Source: an uncultured Lachnospiraceae bacterium (GTDB taxonomy: Bacteria; Bacillota; Clostridia; Lachnospirales; Lachnospiraceae). From it: a stretch of 64,000 nucleotides of DNA. Under the pieces are notes generated by a model that searched no databases, had not been told where the DNA came from, and worked only from the letters and a program-made list of their open reading frames with translations. Shown piece by piece: positions 59,973-64,000 of the stretch (the stretch's first letter is position 1; the number at the start of each line of letters is the position of its first letter). Position numbers and translations under genes: made by a program. Where the stretch lies: positions 14,140 through 78,139 of the forward strand of contig URUY01000014.1 in assembly GCA_900551115.1 (NCBI GenBank), in the 5' to 3' direction.

Positions 59973-60593
59973 TTATTCAGCCCATCCCTGCCACTCTACC
60001 CAGTCTTCGTCATAGTCAAAGTACTCCAAAGAGATACCTACAACCTGACCCCACTTATCAAAGTTGACAGCAAAAACAACAACTTCTTCATACTCATCCA
60101 GTTCAGCATCGCAGAACCATACATTCTGTACTTCATAGTCCTTTAATACTTTCCACTTGCCGCCATCCTTGTAAAAACCTATATCAAGCCATACGTTGTT
60201 GTTGGTTCCGTCATACATTTCAGAAAGACTCTGATTGGTGTATTCTTCAAAGCTGGTATACTCATTCTCATCACCGGTATACAGCTCCCATACAGCATAG
60301 CCGTTCATTACGGTATAAAGCTTTTTATAATCATCCAGTGTCATGCCAAGCTCAAGGCCTCTGCTTGTTGCATATTCCTCTGCATACTCTTCATAAGAGC
60401 CGTCACTGTAGTCTGTTAAATAGCTTGCATCTTCGTATACGATAAATGCATGGTCCTCTTCAACCTCAAGCGTATCAGAGCCTGTAAATACCAAATCTTC
60501 ATCTGTCCACTGGCTTTTCTTTGCACCGCCGCTGCAGGCTGTCAGACCTAAAGCCATGGTGCATGCTAAAACAACTGCAAGTACTTTTTTCAT
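59973..60593 (-). CDS. acidic lipoprotein of unknown function
   Basis: Signal peptide with lipobox LTAC. Highly acidic (D/E/Y-rich) mature part. Confidence 0.6.
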   Translation of the reverse strand: MKKVLAVVLACTMALGLTACSGGAKKSQWTDEDLVFTGSDTLEVEEDHAFIVYEDASYLTDYSDGSYEEYAEEYATSRGLELGMTLDDYKKLYTVMNGYAVWELYTGDENEYTSFEEYTNQSLSEMYDGTNNNVWLDIGFYKDGGKWKVLKDYEVQNVWFCDAELDEYEEVVVFAVNFDKWGQVVGISLEYFDYDEDWVEWQGWAE

Positions 60594-60629
60594 CTGTTTC
60601 TTCCTCCTTCATAAAAATGGTTCTTTCGA

Positions 60630-62720
60630 TTACTGCTGTGCAACGTCCTTCATGGAGAAGCTGATTCTGCCCATCTTATCCTTGCCAAGGCATACTACTG
60701 TAACTACATCCCCTAACGTCAGAACATCCTCTACATGATTGATACGCTCTTTGGAAATCTTTGAAATGTGTACCATACCTTCTTTACCGGGTGCGAACTC
60801 AAGGAATGCACCAAACTCTTTGATGCTTACAACCTTACCCTTGAAAACCTGCCCTTCTGCAAATTCGGTTACGATGATTTTAATCATCTCTACAGCCTTA
60901 TCCATCATTTCCTTGTCAGTGCCGCATACGGATACCTTACCGTCATCCGTAATATCAATCTTAACGCCTGTACGGGCAATAATCTCATTGATGGTCTTAC
61001 CTCTCTGTCCAACAACATCACCGATTTTTTCAGGGTCAATCTGCAGGGAGATAATCTTGGGAGCGTAAGGTCCCACCTCTGCTCTGGGTGCTGCAATAGC
61101 AGGCTTCATGCAGGTATCCATGATGAACAGTCTTGCTTCGCGGCATCTTGCAATAGCGCCTTCTACAATAGGTCTTGTCAGACCGTGAATCTTGATATCC
61201 ATCTGGATGGCAGTAATACCCTCTGTCGTACCGGTTACCTTGAAATCCATATCGCCAAAGAAATCTTCCAGTCCCTGAATATCCGTCAGAAGTACAAAAT
61301 CATCATCTGTATCACCGGTTACCAGACCACAGGAAATACCTGCTACCATCTTCTTGATGGGCACACCTGCTGCCATCAGGGACATACAGGATGCACAGGT
61401 AGATGCCATTGACGTAGAACCGTTGGATTCAAAGGTTTCGGATACCGTACGGATTGCATACGGGAATTCTTCCTCAGAAGGAAGTACCGGAATAAGTGCC
61501 CTTTCAGCCAGTGCGCCATGTCCGATTTCCCTGCGTCCCGGTCCTCTGGAAACCTTTGTCTCGCCTACGGAATAGGAAGGGAAATTGTAGTGGTGCATAT
61601 ATCTCTTGGAAGTCTCGTTTTCATCAAGTCCGTCTACTCTCTGTGCCTCGGATAAAGGTGCAAGAGTACATACGTTACAAATCTGTGTCTGTCCTCTGGT
61701 AAACATAGCGGAACCATGTACACGGGGAATCAGGTCTACTTCTGCAGCAAGCGGACGAATCTGTGTGATTTCACGGCCGTCCGGACGCTTGTGATCCTTT
61801 AAAATCATCTTGCGGACTGTCTTCTTTTCGTACTGGTAAACTGCTTCACCCAACACTGCCAGCCACTCTTCGTTATCAGCAAAAGCTGCTTCCAGCTTTT
61901 CGGTAATCTCTTTGATATTGCCTTCTCTGGTCTGCTTGTCGTCAGTAAATACGGCAACTTCCATTTCAGCAGGTGTTACGATTTCTTTCATTGCTTCAAA
62001 CATCTCTGCAGGAATTGCACAGCTTGTATAGGTGTGCTTGGGCTTGCCAACCTCTGCTACAATCTTTTCTATGAATGCAATGATGGTCTGGTTGATTTCA
62101 TGTGCCTTGTAGATAGCTTCCAGCATCTTTGCTTCGGGAATTTCATTGGCACCTGCTTCAATCATGATAACCTTTTCCTTGGTGGAAGCAACCGTCAGGT
62201 TTAAGTCTCCGACCTTCCACTGCTCCTGAGAAGGATTGACAACTAACTCTCCGTCAATCATACCCATCTGGGTCATAGCGCAGGGACCGTCAAAGGGAAT
62301 ATCAGAAATACAGGTTGAAACTGCTGCACCTAACATAGCCACCAGCTCAGGACGGCATGCAGGGTCAACGCTCATAACCATATTGTTTAATGTAACATCA
62401 TTGCGGTAATCCTTGGGGAACAGGGGGCGCATGGGTCTGTCTATAACACGGCTTGTCAGAACAGCATTTTCGCTTGCCTTACCCTCTCTCTTATTAAAGC
62501 CGCCGGGAATCTTGCCAACGGAATATAACTTTTCTTCGTATTCCACACTTAAGGGGAAGAAATCGATGCCGTCTCTTGGCTTGTCAGATGCAGTTGCACA
62601 GGACAATACCGTAGTATCCCCGTAGTGCATGAAAGCACAGCCGTTAGCCTGCTTTCCGACTCTGCCGATATCAATACTTAAAGTACGTCCGGCAAGTTCC
62701 ATTGAAAAAGTCTTGTACAT
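60630..62720 (-). CDS. pnp: polyribonucleotide nucleotidyltransferase (PNPase)
   Basis: 696 aa with two RNase PH domains, KH and S1. Confidence 0.95.
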   Translation of the reverse strand: MYKTFSMELAGRTLSIDIGRVGKQANGCAFMHYGDTTVLSCATASDKPRDGIDFFPLSVEYEEKLYSVGKIPGGFNKREGKASENAVLTSRVIDRPMRPLFPKDYRNDVTLNNMVMSVDPACRPELVAMLGAAVSTCISDIPFDGPCAMTQMGMIDGELVVNPSQEQWKVGDLNLTVASTKEKVIMIEAGANEIPEAKMLEAIYKAHEINQTIIAFIEKIVAEVGKPKHTYTSCAIPAEMFEAMKEIVTPAEMEVAVFTDDKQTREGNIKEITEKLEAAFADNEEWLAVLGEAVYQYEKKTVRKMILKDHKRPDGREITQIRPLAAEVDLIPRVHGSAMFTRGQTQICNVCTLAPLSEAQRVDGLDENETSKRYMHHYNFPSYSVGETKVSRGPGRREIGHGALAERALIPVLPSEEEFPYAIRTVSETFESNGSTSMASTCASCMSLMAAGVPIKKMVAGISCGLVTGDTDDDFVLLTDIQGLEDFFGDMDFKVTGTTEGITAIQMDIKIHGLTRPIVEGAIARCREARLFIMDTCMKPAIAAPRAEVGPYAPKIISLQIDPEKIGDVVGQRGKTINEIIARTGVKIDITDDGKVSVCGTDKEMMDKAVEMIKIIVTEFAEGQVFKGKVVSIKEFGAFLEFAPGKEGMVHISKISKERINHVEDVLTLGDVVTVVCLGKDKMGRISFSMKDVAQQ

Positions 62721-62885
62721 ATATGTCTCCTTATAAAAAATCCGTCATTACGGATCGGTGCTTCAGGAAGCTTTCCGAAACTACTGAAAAACACACCTGC
62801 CAGATACTGCCGGTATTCTTTTCAGCGGTCTCGGGTTACTTTTGCCTGAAGAGTGAACGGGTTACCTGTTGAACAAAAGCTGTTC

Positions 62886-62929
62886 AACTGTAAAAGCGGA
62901 GAGGCCGAAAAAATCGGACACACTCCGCC
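62886..62929 (-). terminator. rpsO terminator / pnp leader hairpin
   Basis: RNA sense GGCGGAGUGUGUCCGAUUUUUUCGGCCUCUCCGC followed by UUUUAC, 17 nt after the rpsO stop. Confidence 0.5.
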
Positions 62930-62945
62930 TTCATGCTTGCTGATA

Positions 62946-63212
62946 CTATTTTCTGATTCCCAGTTTTGCAATGATTGCACGATATCTTTCGATATCCTTT
63001 TCCTTTAAGTAGTTAAGCAGACCACGTCTCTGTCCAACCATCTTTAACAGACCTCTGTTTGAATGATGATCCTTGGGATTGCTCTTCATATGCTCGGTCA
63101 GTTCTTTGATTCTCTCGGTCAGTACTGCAATCTGTACCTCAGGTGAGCCTGTGTCACCGGGGGTTCTTGCAAATTCATTGATAATAGCTGTTTTCTTGTC
63201 CTTAGAAATCAT
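62946..63212 (-). CDS. rpsO: 30S ribosomal protein S15
   Basis: 88 aa S15 family. Confidence 0.95.
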   Translation of the reverse strand: MISKDKKTAIINEFARTPGDTGSPEVQIAVLTERIKELTEHMKSNPKDHHSNRGLLKMVGQRRGLLNYLKEKDIERYRAIIAKLGIRK

Positions 63213-63390
63213 GATAATGTCCTCCTTATTTTAAATCGCCTGATACTAAGGTATGGTCGGAGTGTCCAACGCCTGAGTATCGGCTAAATCATACTTTGTA
63301 AGCATACCATAAAACGTACTGCTTGTAAACATCTATTTTTAGTACTTCAACAGTATTGCAACCGTACTGCAACAGTGTATCACCGCTTTA

Positions 63391-64000
63391 TCAATCCTTC
63401 TGTGCATTAGCGGCATACTTTGCAGCCTGTGCTGCAATCAGCGCCTCATCATCAAAGTAATTGATTTTCATAGCAGCCTTTACCTCGGACATGGTCTGCG
63501 CCGCTGTTTCCCTTGCCGTCTCGCTTCCCTTTTTCAGAATATCGTAAATATCGGGAATCTGCTTTTCCAGCTCTTTTCTGCGGGCACGGATAGGCTCCAG
63601 TTCCTCCTGCATAATGGCATTTAAGAATTTCTTTACCTTAACGTCCCCGAGACCGCCTCTCTGATAATGCCCCTTTAACTCATCCAGATTTGCATAATCA
63701 GGCAGATATCTTCCGAAGTGTTCCTCCTTGCAGAAAGCATCCAAATAAGTAAATACGGTATTGCCTTCCAAAGAACCGGGGTCCGTAATCTTTAAATGGT
63801 TAGGGTCTGTAAACATGCTCATAATCTTGGTGCGCACTTCATCAGCCGAATCAGACAGATAAATGCAGTTTCCTAAGGATTTGCTCATTTTTGCTTTTCC
63901 GTCAATACCCGGCAGACGGCAGCAAACCTCATTTTTCGGAATTAATGCTTCCGGCTCCACCAGTGTTTCCCCATAAACCGAGTTGAATTTCCTCACTATT
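63391..64000 (-). CDS. trpS: tryptophan--tRNA ligase, C-terminal part (gene continues beyond window end)
   Basis: KMSKS motif (…GKAKMSKSLGN…) and TrpRS-like C-terminal helical region. The 5' end lies outside the window. Confidence 0.7.
   Translation of the reverse strand, partial: IVRKFNSVYGETLVEPEALIPKNEVCCRLPGIDGKAKMSKSLGNCIYLSDSADEVRTKIMSMFTDPNHLKITDPGSLEGNTVFTYLDAFCKEEHFGRYLPDYANLDELKGHYQRGGLGDVKVKKFLNAIMQEELEPIRARRKELEKQIPDIYDILKKGSETARETAAQTMSEVKAAMKINYFDDEALIAAQAAKYAANAQKD

Overview
This 64 kb window looks like a Clostridia (Firmicutes) chromosome, almost entirely transcribed on the minus strand.

The left third (0.5-18.5 kb) is a dense nitrogen-assimilation island:
- purC-purB-purA.
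- asnB.
- An AmtB ammonium transporter fused in frame to a PII (GlnK) domain.
- Type III glutamine synthetase glnN.
- NADP-glutamate dehydrogenase gdhA.
- Glutamate synthase gltB-gltD.
- A divergent short glnA-like GS gene, followed by a receiver+ANTAR antiterminator of the NitR/AmiR type.

Five transcription units in this island share the same architecture. Each has a strong consensus sigma-A promoter (TTGACA, 17 bp spacer, TAnnAT). Within 3 nt of the predicted start sits a conserved 18-nt hairpin (AAAGGC-AxxGxC-GUCUUU) with an A1/G4 hexaloop. This hairpin is mutually exclusive with an intrinsic terminator in the same leader. I read this as an antitermination regulon, probably driven by the ANTAR protein, although no second hexaloop hairpin (P2) is evident.

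The middle of the window (18.5-39 kb) holds:
- a GNAT acetyltransferase;
- rqcH;
- a MOP-family flippase;
- glgA;
- a Spo0A homologue lacking most of its receiver domain;
- an FAD-dependent oxidoreductase;
- a glycan-utilisation locus with a GH35 beta-galactosidase, two other glycoside hydrolases, an LplABC-type ABC importer and YesMN two-component regulators.

The right part (39-64 kb) is the conserved sporulation/housekeeping block: spoIVB, recN, argR, nadK, tlyA, dxs, ispA, xseBA, nusB, asp23, then prfC, deoB, spoIIIAA-AH, a mini-GrcA glycyl-radical protein, pnp, rpsO and trpS. A full-length spo0A is missing from its canonical position after spoIVB.

Two further points stand out. A tandem array of 26-nt hairpin repeats plus a complex 130-bp palindromic element lies upstream of asp23. 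The glnN 5'UTR carries a tandemly duplicated 53-nt module.
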